Assembly: GCA_045589295.1 (NCBI GenBank)
Contig: JAZNOU010000002.1
Location: 64,001 to 128,000 of the forward strand
Direction of reading: 5' to 3'
Source: Clostridia bacterium
GTDB taxonomy: Bacteria; Bacillota; Clostridia; RGIG6154
Length of the DNA stretch: 64,000 nt
The position numbers and the translations under genes are program-made. This document shows positions 9,371 to 18,992 of the stretch, in pieces. The number at the start of each line of letters is the position of its first letter. Within the stretch, counting starts at the first letter, position 1. The notes under the pieces were generated by a model. The model was not told where the DNA came from. It searched no databases and worked only from the letters and a program-made list of their open reading frames with translations.

Positions 9371-10057
9371 ATGAACAATGTCACTTTGCTGGTTGCAAGC
9401 GGCGATTTTTCTGTTACAACTTTTGTTAAAAGTGCACTTGCTTTAAAAGAGTATTCGGTTATTTCAACGGTCAGTGGCTTTGGTGCAATTAATTTATTGA
9501 AAGGCGAAACCCCGTCGGCAGTAATTTTGGATATTGAAATTGCTGAGTGCGATGCACTTTCTGTTATGCGTGAGATTATAAGAGTCAGTGACATACCCGT
9601 TATTTGCTTAAGCAAAAGAGAAGATGTTTTAGATAAGGTACTTTATCTTGAAATGGGCGCAGATGATTTTATAGTTATGCCGTGTGAAACGAGGGAGTTT
9701 TCGGCTCGTTTAAAGGCGGTAATGAGAAGATACTTAAAAGGTAAAAATGTTCTTGCAAAAGAACTTGTGTTTAGTAATTTGTGCGTTAATTTGAGTAACT
9801 ACACTGTCAAAGTAAGAGGAGAAGATATAAAACTTCCGCCAAAAGAACTTGAACTTTTGTATTTTTTAGCATCAAACCCAAATACTGTGTTTACCCGTGA
9901 GCAACTTTTGGACAAAATATGGGGATATGATTATTTTGGTGATTCAAGAACGGTGGATGTCCATATAAAAAGAATACGTGAAAAACTTGAAAAGCACTAT
10001 GAGGGTTGGTGTATTAAAACTGTGTGGAGTGTTGGATACGAATTTTCTACGCGGTAA
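9371..10057 (+). CDS. OmpR/PhoB-family response regulator with degenerate receiver domain
   Basis: Well-conserved winged helix (LPPKELELL..LASNPN.VFTREQLL...DSRTVDVHIKRIREK); receiver recognisable but with altered catalytic residues. Confidence 0.88.
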   Translation: MNNVTLLVASGDFSVTTFVKSALALKEYSVISTVSGFGAINLLKGETPSAVILDIEIAECDALSVMREIIRVSDIPVICLSKREDVLDKVLYLEMGADDFIVMPCETREFSARLKAVMRRYLKGKNVLAKELVFSNLCVNLSNYTVKVRGEDIKLPPKELELLYFLASNPNTVFTREQLLDKIWGYDYFGDSRTVDVHIKRIREKLEKHYEGWCIKTVWSVGYEFSTR

Positions 10058-10080
10058 ATTTCAAAATGAATATACATATA

Positions 10081-10113
10081 TTTCACATTATTTTCATAAA
10101 TAAAAGTTATAAT
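10081..10113 (+). promoter_or_regulatory. htrA promoter: OmpR-type direct repeat plus -10
   Basis: TTTCACA (10081) and TTTCATA (10092) at 11-bp period, TATAAT at 10108-10113, no consensus -35. Confidence 0.55.
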
Positions 10114-10147
10114 ATGTTTGTAAACATTCCAAGAAAGGATTTTTCAA

Positions 10148-11464
10148 ATGAACGAATATAACGGCTTTGAACAAAATGAAGAACAAAATAATACTTTTTT
10201 TAATGAAGATCCCGAGCAGGTTGAAATAAAAGAAGAAGTCTTTGAACAAGACGAGTACATCCCGCAGGTTGTTGAGCAAGAACAAAGTCAGCAATTTTAT
10301 TTTTCTGAGGCTTTTGAGGAAAAACCAATAAAAAACAAGAAAAAGATTAATCCACTTTTTGTCGCTGCATCATCTGTGATTATGATTTTGATAATTGCAG
10401 GAACGATTTTTGCATTTAATTTTAAAGATTTGTCAAAAACTGGGTCTGACGGAGGAATTTATTATCATTCTTCAAATGCATCGGCTACAAATATAGCAAA
10501 TACTTCTGAAGGGCAGTTTGTTCCAAATGGTGCAGAACTTACAACTGCAGAAATCGCTGCAAAAGTAGGACCTTGTGTTGTGGGAATTGAAAGCAAGGTT
10601 ACTTCTGTAAATATATTCCAGCAACAAACAAGCAGTTCTCAGACAGGTTCTGGTGTTATAGTAAATGAGGACGGATACATTGTAACAAATTATCACGTTG
10701 TTGAGGGTGGAAAAGAACTTAAAGTTATTTTAAACTCGGGCAAAGAACATCCTGCAAAACTTGTAGGTTATGACGAAAGAAGCGACCTTGCAGTTGTTAA
10801 AATTGAAGAAAAAAATCTTACTTACGCAACCTTTGGTGATTCATCACAGCTTATGGTGGGTGAACGTGCAATTGCCATAGGAAATCCGTTAGGAACAGAA
10901 CTTATGGGGACTGTTACACAAGGTATTATAAGTGCGGTTAACAGAACTGTTCAGGTTGATGATAAAACGCTTACTCTGTTGCAGACTGACGCTGCTATTA
11001 ACTCAGGCAACTCAGGCGGGGCGCTTATTAATTCACGTGGCGAGGTAATAGGAATAAACACGGTTAAAATGTATGCGACCGGCGTTGAGGGAATTGGGTT
11101 TGCAATCCCTTCAAATGAGGTAAAAACTGTTTTAGATGATATTATCAGCTATGGTTATGTCAGAGGCAGACTTGTTGTGGGCGTTACAGGAACAAACATA
11201 ACCGAGAGAATGGCTAAATACTACGAATTGCCGATAGGGTTTTATGTAAGTGAAGTCAGAGAAGGTTATGGTGCATATTTAGCAGGAGTCCAGGTTGGCG
11301 ATGTTATTGTTAAATGTGACGGAAAAGTTGTTAAAACCATTGATGACATAAATGAAATAAGGGATTCTCACAAGGTGAACGATCTTATGGAATTGGTTGT
11401 TTCAAGAAATGGAAAGAATGTAACTTTAAAGGTTAAATTGATGGAAGAAAAACCGGATAGATAA
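10148..11464 (+). CDS. htrA: HtrA/DegP serine protease with TM anchor and PDZ
   Basis: GSGVI, TNYHVV, DLAVVK, QTDAAINSGNSGGAL, C-terminal PDZ. Confidence 0.95.
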   Translation: MNEYNGFEQNEEQNNTFFNEDPEQVEIKEEVFEQDEYIPQVVEQEQSQQFYFSEAFEEKPIKNKKKINPLFVAASSVIMILIIAGTIFAFNFKDLSKTGSDGGIYYHSSNASATNIANTSEGQFVPNGAELTTAEIAAKVGPCVVGIESKVTSVNIFQQQTSSSQTGSGVIVNEDGYIVTNYHVVEGGKELKVILNSGKEHPAKLVGYDERSDLAVVKIEEKNLTYATFGDSSQLMVGERAIAIGNPLGTELMGTVTQGIISAVNRTVQVDDKTLTLLQTDAAINSGNSGGALINSRGEVIGINTVKMYATGVEGIGFAIPSNEVKTVLDDIISYGYVRGRLVVGVTGTNITERMAKYYELPIGFYVSEVREGYGAYLAGVQVGDVIVKCDGKVVKTIDDINEIRDSHKVNDLMELVVSRNGKNVTLKVKLMEEKPDR

Positions 11465-11500
11465 AAAAACAGGGTGTAAAATTTTACACCCTGTTTTTTT
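11463..11500 (+). terminator. intrinsic terminator
   Basis: AAAAAACAGGGTGTAAA-A-TTTTACACCCTGTTTTTTT. Confidence 0.9.
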
Positions 11501-11617
11501 GTTGGCTTTTTTAAAAAAACACTTGGAATTTGTCTTAATTTGTGGTACAATATTAAAATAAAATTAAAATGCGGTATTAATGCGTATTTATGCATAAACA
11601 CGAAAGGCGTAAGTTTT

Positions 11618-13249
11618 ATGATTATTACAGATTTTCTTGAAAAAAATGCAATTGAAAGGCCGGATGAAACTGCACTGGTTGAAATTGCACCTCAGATGAT
11701 GGAAAAGGCAAAGATTACATGGAAAGAGTATGCCTTGATGCAGCCTAATCCTAATGAAAGCGGCAGAAAAGAAATGACATGGAAAGAGTTTGACAGAATG
11801 TCTAACAGATTTGCAAACTTTTTATTCAGCCGTGGAATTAAAAAAGGCAACAAGGTAGCAATACTTCTTATGAACTGCATAGAGTGGCTTCCTGTTTATT
11901 TTGGTATTTTAAAAACAGGTGCTTTGGCAGTACCTCTTAACTATAGATATACAGCAGAAGAAATCAGATATTGCGTTAATTTGGCGGAAGTTGATATTTT
12001 GGTATTCGGCCCTGAATTTATCGGCAGAATGGAAGAAATATGCGATAGAATTCCAAGAGTTTCGCAGCTTTTTTATGTTGGTGATAACTGCCCTACATTT
12101 GCAGAAAGTTATGATCAGCTTATTACATATTGTACATCTAAAAGACCTGATGTTACTCTATGTGAACAAGACGATGCGGCTATATACTTTTCTTCAGGAA
12201 CAACAGGGTTTCCAAAAGCGATACTTCATAACCACGAAAGCTTAAAACATGCTGCGCTTACCGAACAAAACCATCACGGGCAGACAAAGGATGATACATT
12301 CTTATGTATTCCTCCGCTTTACCATACAGGTGCTAAAATGCACTGGTTTGGTAGTTTGGCGTCAGGTTCAAAAGGGGTGCTTTTAAAAGGCACAAATCCA
12401 GAGTGGATTATAAAAGTTGCAGCGGAAGAAAAATGCACAATCGTATGGCTGTTGGTTCCGTGGGCACAGGATATTTTAGATGCTATCGACAGAGGGGAAA
12501 TTAAACTTAATGAATACGATTTGTCAGCATGGAGATTGATGCATATTGGAGCGCAACCTGTTCCGCCAAGCCTTATTAAACGTTGGAAAGAAGTTTTCCC
12601 AAATCACAGTTATGATACAAACTATGGATTAAGCGAATCAATTGGACCCGGTTGTGTTCATTTGGGAGTTGAAAATATTCATAAAGTTGGTGCCATTGGA
12701 AAAGCAGGCTACGGCTGGCAGACAAAAATCATTGGTGTAGACGGAAATGATGCAAAACCAGGTGAAGTTGGTGAGCTTGCAGTTAAAGGTGCAGGTGTTA
12801 TGACTTGCTACTTTAATGACGAGAAGGCAACAAATGAAGTATTAAAGGATGGTTGGCTTTTGACAGGCGATATGGCAAAAGAAGACGAAGACGGGTTTAT
12901 TTATCTTGTTGACCGCAAAAAAGACGTTATAATTTCAGGCGGCGAAAATATTTATCCTGTTCAGATTGAAGATTTTGTGCGTCGTCATGGCGCTGTTAAA
13001 GACGTAGCAGTTATCGGACTTCCCGATGCACGTCTTGGTGAAATATCAGCAGCAATCGTTGAAGTAAAAGAAGGCTTTAGCCTGACAGAAGAAGAATTTA
13101 TGGATTTTTGTAAGGAACTTCCAAAGTACAAAAGACCAAGAAAGATTATTTTTGCAGATGTTCCAAGAAATCCTACAGGCAAAATTGAAAAGCCTGTTTT
13201 AAGAGAGAGATATTGCAAAGAAAGCTTAGTTGAAGCACAGATGAAATGA
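11618..13249 (+). CDS. class I adenylate-forming acyl-CoA synthetase
   Basis: YFSSGTTGFPK, YGLSE, TGD, DRKKDVIISGGENIYP, PRNPTGKIEK; ATG 11618 follows GAAAGG. Confidence 0.92.
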   Translation: MIITDFLEKNAIERPDETALVEIAPQMMEKAKITWKEYALMQPNPNESGRKEMTWKEFDRMSNRFANFLFSRGIKKGNKVAILLMNCIEWLPVYFGILKTGALAVPLNYRYTAEEIRYCVNLAEVDILVFGPEFIGRMEEICDRIPRVSQLFYVGDNCPTFAESYDQLITYCTSKRPDVTLCEQDDAAIYFSSGTTGFPKAILHNHESLKHAALTEQNHHGQTKDDTFLCIPPLYHTGAKMHWFGSLASGSKGVLLKGTNPEWIIKVAAEEKCTIVWLLVPWAQDILDAIDRGEIKLNEYDLSAWRLMHIGAQPVPPSLIKRWKEVFPNHSYDTNYGLSESIGPGCVHLGVENIHKVGAIGKAGYGWQTKIIGVDGNDAKPGEVGELAVKGAGVMTCYFNDEKATNEVLKDGWLLTGDMAKEDEDGFIYLVDRKKDVIISGGENIYPVQIEDFVRRHGAVKDVAVIGLPDARLGEISAAIVEVKEGFSLTEEEFMDFCKELPKYKRPRKIIFADVPRNPTGKIEKPVLRERYCKESLVEAQMK

Positions 13250-13268
13250 TTTGAAAGGAATGGTAACT

Positions 13269-14999
13269 TTGAAAAAACTTATGCTTGGTAACCAGGCGGT
13301 TGCAAGAGGTGCATACGAGGCTGGGGTGACAGTTGTTTCATCTTATCCGGGAACACCAAGTACTGAAATTACCGAAAACATTGTAAAATATGATGAAATA
13401 TATGTAGAATGGGCGCCTAACGAAAAGGTTGCAGCGGAAGTTGCAATAGGTGCATCAATTGCAGGTGCAAGAAGTATGTCTTGTATGAAACACGTTGGTA
13501 TGAACGTTATGGCAGATCCTATGTTTACAGTGAGCTATATCGGTGCAAACGGCGGCCTTGTTTTTTGCGTTGCAGATGACCCCGGAATGCATTCTTCACA
13601 AAACGAACAGGATTCAAGACATTATGCAAGAGCGGCAAAACTTACAATGCTTGAACCTTCTGACAGCTCAGAATGTAAAGAGTTTACGAAGAAAGCCTTC
13701 GAAATCAGCGAAAAATTTGATATTCCTGTTATCGTAAGACTTTCAACAAGAGTGTCACATTCACAGGGCTTGGTTGAAGAATGTGAAAGAGAAAATGTAG
13801 AACTTAAGCCTTATGAAAAAAATATCGGCAAAAATGTTATGATGCCGGCTAATGCAAAAAAACGTCACGTTGATGTTGAAAACAGAAACGAGGCTTTAAA
13901 AGAATTTGCAGAAAGCACATGTCTTAATAAGGTTGAAATAAGTACAGATGAAATTGGTGTTATTACATCAGGTATTTCATATATGTATGCAAAAGAAGCA
14001 CTGGGCGACAGAGTAAGCTATTTAAAACTTGGTATGGTTTATCCTCTGCCTGATAAGCTTTTGAAAGATTTTGCAAAAAAACACAAAAAAGTTTACGTAA
14101 TTGAAGAGCTTGACCCGATTTTTGAAGAATATGTAAAATCTATCGGCATTGAAGTTATCGGGAAAGAAAAGTTTACAATGCTTGGTGAATATACACCCGC
14201 TATGATAAAAAAGGCAGTGTTTGGCGAAGATGGTGCAGAGTGCGTTGAAACTGATTTTGAAATTCCTGTAAGACCTCCTGTTATGTGTGCAGGTTGTCCT
14301 CACAGAGGAACATTTTATGTTCTTAAAAAATTGGGGCTTACTGTTTCAGGGGACATCGGTTGTTATACTTTGGGCGCAGTTGCACCGCTAGCAAGTGTTG
14401 ATACTACAATTTGTATGGGTGCATCGGTTTCTGCGGCGCATGGTATGGCAAAGGCGAGAGGCGAAGAGTTTAACAAAAAACTTGTTGCTGTAATTGGTGA
14501 TTCAACATTTATGCATTCAGGCATTACAGGTCTGATTGATATTGTGTATAACAAAGGCAACAACACAGTTATTATTTTAGACAACTCAATTACAGGTATG
14601 ACAGGACATCAGGAGAACCCTACAACAGGCTTTACAATTAGAAAAGAACCTACAAAGCAGGTTGATTTAGAGCTTTTAGCAAAAGCGGTTGGTATTGAAA
14701 GAGTTGTTGTGGCAGATCCGTTTGATGTTAAAAACTTTGAAAAAGTAGTAAAAACAGAGGTGGAAGCTGACGAACCATCTGTTATCATTGCACAGCGTCC
14801 GTGTGCACTTTTAAAGACTGTTAAATATGAAGGACATTGCGAGATTTCTGATAAGTGCAAAAACTGCAAAATGTGTATGAAACTTGGCTGTCCTGCAATT
14901 ACAGCTACAGAAAACGGTGTTAAAATTGATCCTAACCAGTGTAACGGTTGCGGACTTTGCATTAACGTATGCCCATTTGGCGCTATAGAAAAAGCTTAA
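13269..14999 (+). CDS. iorA: indolepyruvate:ferredoxin oxidoreductase alpha subunit
   Basis: LGNQAVARG, YPGTPSTE, NEKVA, MKHVG, SSQNEQD, RPPVMCAGCPH, GDIGCY, GDSTF, C-terminal ferredoxin Cys motifs; TTG start after GAAAGGA. Confidence 0.95.
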   Translation: MKKLMLGNQAVARGAYEAGVTVVSSYPGTPSTEITENIVKYDEIYVEWAPNEKVAAEVAIGASIAGARSMSCMKHVGMNVMADPMFTVSYIGANGGLVFCVADDPGMHSSQNEQDSRHYARAAKLTMLEPSDSSECKEFTKKAFEISEKFDIPVIVRLSTRVSHSQGLVEECERENVELKPYEKNIGKNVMMPANAKKRHVDVENRNEALKEFAESTCLNKVEISTDEIGVITSGISYMYAKEALGDRVSYLKLGMVYPLPDKLLKDFAKKHKKVYVIEELDPIFEEYVKSIGIEVIGKEKFTMLGEYTPAMIKKAVFGEDGAECVETDFEIPVRPPVMCAGCPHRGTFYVLKKLGLTVSGDIGCYTLGAVAPLASVDTTICMGASVSAAHGMAKARGEEFNKKLVAVIGDSTFMHSGITGLIDIVYNKGNNTVIILDNSITGMTGHQENPTTGFTIRKEPTKQVDLELLAKAVGIERVVVADPFDVKNFEKVVKTEVEADEPSVIIAQRPCALLKTVKYEGHCEISDKCKNCKMCMKLGCPAITATENGVKIDPNQCNGCGLCINVCPFGAIEKA

Positions 15000-15016
15000 G
15001 TAAGGAGGACCTGAAA

Positions 15017-15592
15017 ATGACAAAAAATATTATGATTGTTGGTGTTGGCGGTCAGGGAACCTTGCTTGCCAGCAGAATTTTGGGAAACACAGTAATAAAT
15101 GAAGGTTATGATGTTAAAGTTTCTGAGGTTCATGGTATGAGCCAAAGAGGCGGAAGTGTTGTGACCTATGTTAAATATGGCGAAAAAGTTTATTCACCTA
15201 TTGTTGACAAGGGTGAAGCGGATATAATTTTGGCTTTTGAAATGTTAGAAGCAGCACGCGCACTTCCATTTCTTAAAAAGGGCGGAATTATGATTGCAAA
15301 CACACAGCAGATTGACCCTATGCCTGTAATTACAGGTGCGGCAAAATATCCTGAGAACATTTCAGGAAAGCTTAAAGAAAAAGTTAACCTTATTTCTTTG
15401 GATGCAAGTGAACTTGCGCTAACAGCAGGAAATATAAAAGCAGTAAATGTTGTTTTAATTGGTGTTATGGCAAAATCGACAGATATTCCATATGAAAAAT
15501 GGGTTGAAACCATTAAAACAACGGTACCAGAAAAGTTTTTGGATGTTAACTTAAAGGCTTTTGATGCAGGATACAACTACAAAGAGGTGTAA
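15017..15592 (+). CDS. iorB: indolepyruvate:ferredoxin oxidoreductase beta subunit
   Basis: GVGGQG, SEVHGMSQRGGSV, NLKAF; SD AAGGAGG. Confidence 0.95.
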   Translation: MTKNIMIVGVGGQGTLLASRILGNTVINEGYDVKVSEVHGMSQRGGSVVTYVKYGEKVYSPIVDKGEADIILAFEMLEAARALPFLKKGGIMIANTQQIDPMPVITGAAKYPENISGKLKEKVNLISLDASELALTAGNIKAVNVVLIGVMAKSTDIPYEKWVETIKTTVPEKFLDVNLKAFDAGYNYKEV

Positions 15593-15595
15593 AAT

Positions 15596-16900
15596 ATGGG
15601 GATTTATCAAAAAGCTTTGGAGTGTATGCCAAGAGAAGAACTCAAAAAACTCCAGAGTGAAAGACTTGTATGGCAAGTAAAAAGAATGTATGAAAATGTT
15701 GCACTCTTTAAACAGCGTATGGATGAAAAGGGCATAAAGCCTGAGGATATAAAAGGTGTAGAGGACCTCTCAAAGCTTCCTTTTTCATACAAGCAGGATT
15801 TAAGAGATTATTATCCGTACGGACTTTTTGCAGTTCCTATGAAAGAAATAAAAAGGGTTCATGCCTCAAGTGGAACAACAGGGAAACAAATTGTTGTAGG
15901 CTACACACAAAAAGACCTTGAAATGTGGTCTGACTGTATGGCAAGACAGTTTTATGCAGTCGGCGGAGATGAAAATTCATTTGTTCAGATTTCTTACGGA
16001 TATGGATTGTTCACCGGAGGTCTGGGTGCACACGATGGCGCTACAAGAATAGGCGCAACCGTTATTCCTACATCTTCAGGTAATACGCAAAGACAAATTC
16101 AAACAATGATAGATTTCGGAAGCACTATTCTTTGCTGTACTCCGTCTTATGCAATGTATTTAGCTGAAGCTATTGAAGAAATGGGCGTAAAAGACCAGCT
16201 TAAATTAAAAGCAGGAATTTTCGGTGCAGAACCATGGACCGAAGATATGAGAGCGGTAATAGAAGAAAAGCTTAATATTAAGGCATATGACGTTTATGGT
16301 TTGTCTGAAATTATGGGGCCGGGGGTTGCTTTTGAATGCGAAAAGCAACATGGCATGCATGTAAGTGAAGATATGTTCATTCCTGAAATTATTGATCCTG
16401 ATACAGGCGAAGTTTTACCGGAAGGTTCATCAGGTGAGCTTGTTTTTACAACCATCACAAAAGAGGGATTCCCGCTTATAAGATACAGAACGAGAGATAT
16501 TTGTTCGCTTAACTATGAAAAATGTGAATGTGGCAGAACTTTCGTAAGAATGAACAAGCCGACAGGCAGAAGTGATGATATGCTGATTATAAGAGGCGTT
16601 AATGTGTTCCCGTCGCAGATTGAAGAGGTTTTGCTTAGAGTAGGCGGTGATGTTACACCAAATTATCAGATTATAGTAGGCAGAGAAAACAACACTGATA
16701 CTTTAGAAGTTCAGGTTGAAATGTCGGATAAAATTTTTGCAGATGATGTTAAATCAATCGAGCTTGTGGAAAGAAATATCAAGGATCAGATAAGAAGTGT
16801 GTTAGGTCTTGGTGCAAAAGTTACTTTGGTTGCGCCAAAGACAATCCAAAGAAGTGAAGGAAAAGCAAAAAGAGTTATTGACACAAGAAAGCTTCATTAA
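15596..16900 (+). CDS. paaK: phenylacetate--CoA ligase
   Basis: [65 protein letters not shown]. Confidence 0.93.
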   Translation: MGIYQKALECMPREELKKLQSERLVWQVKRMYENVALFKQRMDEKGIKPEDIKGVEDLSKLPFSYKQDLRDYYPYGLFAVPMKEIKRVHASSGTTGKQIVVGYTQKDLEMWSDCMARQFYAVGGDENSFVQISYGYGLFTGGLGAHDGATRIGATVIPTSSGNTQRQIQTMIDFGSTILCCTPSYAMYLAEAIEEMGVKDQLKLKAGIFGAEPWTEDMRAVIEEKLNIKAYDVYGLSEIMGPGVAFECEKQHGMHVSEDMFIPEIIDPDTGEVLPEGSSGELVFTTITKEGFPLIRYRTRDICSLNYEKCECGRTFVRMNKPTGRSDDMLIIRGVNVFPSQIEEVLLRVGGDVTPNYQIIVGRENNTDTLEVQVEMSDKIFADDVKSIELVERNIKDQIRSVLGLGAKVTLVAPKTIQRSEGKAKRVIDTRKLH

Positions 16901-16917
16901 TAAAAGGGGATAAAAAG

Positions 16918-17871
16918 ATGAAAAAGATATTGCCTGTTTTAGTATTTTTGTTGGTACTTACATTTGCATTTTCTGCTTTTGCAGATTACCAAACTGTAGA
17001 AGTTTATGTTAATGGCGACATTTTGGTGGCGGATAGCCCTGCTATTTTAGTTGGGTCAAGAACTATGGTTCCGCTTCGCGCAATAAGTGAAAAGTTAGGT
17101 TGTGATGTGAGTTGGGATGATAAAACTCAGACTGCGGAAATTAAAAATAATAAAACTGCGGTTTATGTTACAATAGACAGTGACATAATGGTGAAAAAAG
17201 ATGTTAAGGCAGGTAAAAGTGAAAATATAAGAATTGATGCACCTGCAATGCTTTACAAATCAAGAACAATGATACCTCTAAGAGCAGTTTCGGAGGCGTT
17301 AGATGCCAAAGTAGACTGGGACAGCGAGAAGGAATGTGCGCTTATTACTGTTAACAAAGTTTCAGGAGCTTATGGCGTAACCACCGAAGATGGTTATGTT
17401 AGCGATGAACTTGATATAGCATTTGATGCAATAGATGGCGTTACAATGGTTGGCTATTCTGATGGCAAATTTATTAAAGAGAACGCTAAGACGGCAGAAG
17501 ATGTTGACTATATGGCAACAACGGAGTTTGCAGCAATTTTTGAAAACTATGGTGCAAATATTACATTTGCGGTAGGACCTGAAACGGAAGTTAAACCTGA
17601 AGAATACCTTGAGTATTTTAAAAGTGTTTGCCCGACAAACCAAGATGGGTATGTTTATCTTCCTGCCCTTAAAATTGAAGACAGTGTAGTTGGCGGTGTT
17701 AATTTTAAAAAGCTTGGATATATTGTTCAAAACGGTGAAAATAAATTTAATTGGGATTATTATGCAGGCATTGTAAATGGAAGAATAATGATAACAGCTA
17801 CATTTTATACAGATGGGTCAAGAGAAAAAGCATTTGAACTTTTAAATTGCATCAGATTTAATTTAAAATAA
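16918..17871 (+). CDS. secreted protein with copper-amine-oxidase N-terminal (stalk) domain
   Basis: Signal peptide AFA-D; two RTMVPLRAISE.LG..V.WD repeats; C-terminal half unassigned. Confidence 0.85.
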   Translation: MKKILPVLVFLLVLTFAFSAFADYQTVEVYVNGDILVADSPAILVGSRTMVPLRAISEKLGCDVSWDDKTQTAEIKNNKTAVYVTIDSDIMVKKDVKAGKSENIRIDAPAMLYKSRTMIPLRAVSEALDAKVDWDSEKECALITVNKVSGAYGVTTEDGYVSDELDIAFDAIDGVTMVGYSDGKFIKENAKTAEDVDYMATTEFAAIFENYGANITFAVGPETEVKPEEYLEYFKSVCPTNQDGYVYLPALKIEDSVVGGVNFKKLGYIVQNGENKFNWDYYAGIVNGRIMITATFYTDGSREKAFELLNCIRFNLK

Positions 17872-17883
17872 GGGGGAACAACT

Positions 17884-18315
17884 ATGTTAATAAAACAGGT
17901 TTCTGTGTTTTTGGAAAACAAATCAGGAAAACTTTCTGAAATTATTTCCATTTTAGCTGAAAATGATATTGATATAAGCGCTCTCAGTATGGCAGATACT
18001 GCTGATTACGGCGTTTTGAGAGTTATTGTGGATGACCCGTTAAAAGCTGAAAAGGTTTTAAGGGAACAGGAAATTATTGTAAAAGTGACTGATGTGATTG
18101 GTGTTGCGATAAGCGATGGCCCGGGTGCACTTGCTGAAATTCTTGAAATTCTTAAAAATAATTCGTTGTCAGTAGAATATATGTATGCCTGCGTTGGAAA
18201 ACTTGAAAACAGTGCTTTGGTTGTTATGAAAGTAAGTGAACCTGAAAAAGCGTTGGATGTTCTTGCAAAGGAGCATATTAATACTTTTGATGCAAAAGAT
18301 ATTTACAGAATTTAA
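17884..18315 (+). CDS. ACT domain protein (PaaK/Ior-associated)
   Basis: QVSVFLENKSGKL, ADTADYGVLR, VEYMYA. Confidence 0.92.
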   Translation: MLIKQVSVFLENKSGKLSEIISILAENDIDISALSMADTADYGVLRVIVDDPLKAEKVLREQEIIVKVTDVIGVAISDGPGALAEILEILKNNSLSVEYMYACVGKLENSALVVMKVSEPEKALDVLAKEHINTFDAKDIYRI

Positions 18316-18327
18316 GGAGGAAGCTTG

Positions 18328-18630
18328 ATGACTAGCAAACAAAGAGCTTATTTGATGAGTCTTGCAGTAAACATTCCGGCAAAATATCAGATAGGGAAAA
18401 ACGGAATTGATTATAACTTTCTTGATTTGATACGTGATGCTTTGGAGGCTAATGAACTTATTAAAATAAATGTACTGGAAAATTCTCTGGCTGACCCTAA
18501 AACCCTTTGCTATCAGCTTTGTGAGACGGTAGATGCCGAGCCCGTTAAAGTTATAGGAAATAAGATTATTATATACAAAGAATCTAAGAATAAAAAGAAA
18601 ATAGTACTTCCTAAAATAAATAAAAAGTAA
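18328..18630 (+). CDS. yhbY: YhbY/CRM RNA-binding protein
   Basis: MTSKQRAYL.SLA, QIGKNG, ELIKINVL, IGNKIIIYK. Confidence 0.92.
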   Translation: MTSKQRAYLMSLAVNIPAKYQIGKNGIDYNFLDLIRDALEANELIKINVLENSLADPKTLCYQLCETVDAEPVKVIGNKIIIYKESKNKKKIVLPKINKK

Positions 18631-18657
18631 ATTTTTTAAAAAATTAAGTGGAAGTAC

Positions 18658-18686
18658 TTGACATAAAAGACAACTTGTTATAAAAT
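18658..18686 (+). promoter_or_regulatory. sigmaA promoter of rpsU
   Basis: TTGACA-17 nt-TAAAAT. Confidence 0.75.
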
Positions 18687-18772
18687 AATATACGTCGTAT
18701 TTTACTAACGATGAATTTTAATTTGCTTGATACACTTTTAGTGTATGTATATAGCGGAGGGAGGGAAACCTA

Positions 18773-18949
18773 GTGTCAGAGATTAAAATCAAGGAAAATG
18801 AATCCTTAGATAGTGCTCTTCGCAGATTTAAACGTCAGTGTGCTAAAGCAGGTGTTCTTTCTGAAATCAGAAAAAGAGAACATTATGAAAAGCCAAGCGT
18901 TAGAAGAAAGAAAAAATCCGAAGCGGCTAGAAAAAGAAAGTTTAAATAA
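18773..18949 (+). CDS. rpsU: 30S ribosomal protein S21 (missing from the ORF track)
   Basis: GTG start after GGAGGGAGGG; [58 protein letters not shown], 58 aa. Confidence 0.97.
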   Translation: MSEIKIKENESLDSALRRFKRQCAKAGVLSEIRKREHYEKPSVRRKKKSEAARKRKFK

Positions 18950-18957
18950 GTAAACTG

Positions 18958-18990
18958 AAAACACAAAGCTTATTGCTTTGTGTTTTTTTT
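18958..18990. terminator. bidirectional intrinsic terminator
   Basis: AAAACACAAAGC-TTATT-GCTTTGTGTTTTTTTT. Confidence 0.88.
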
Positions 18991-18992
18991 GT

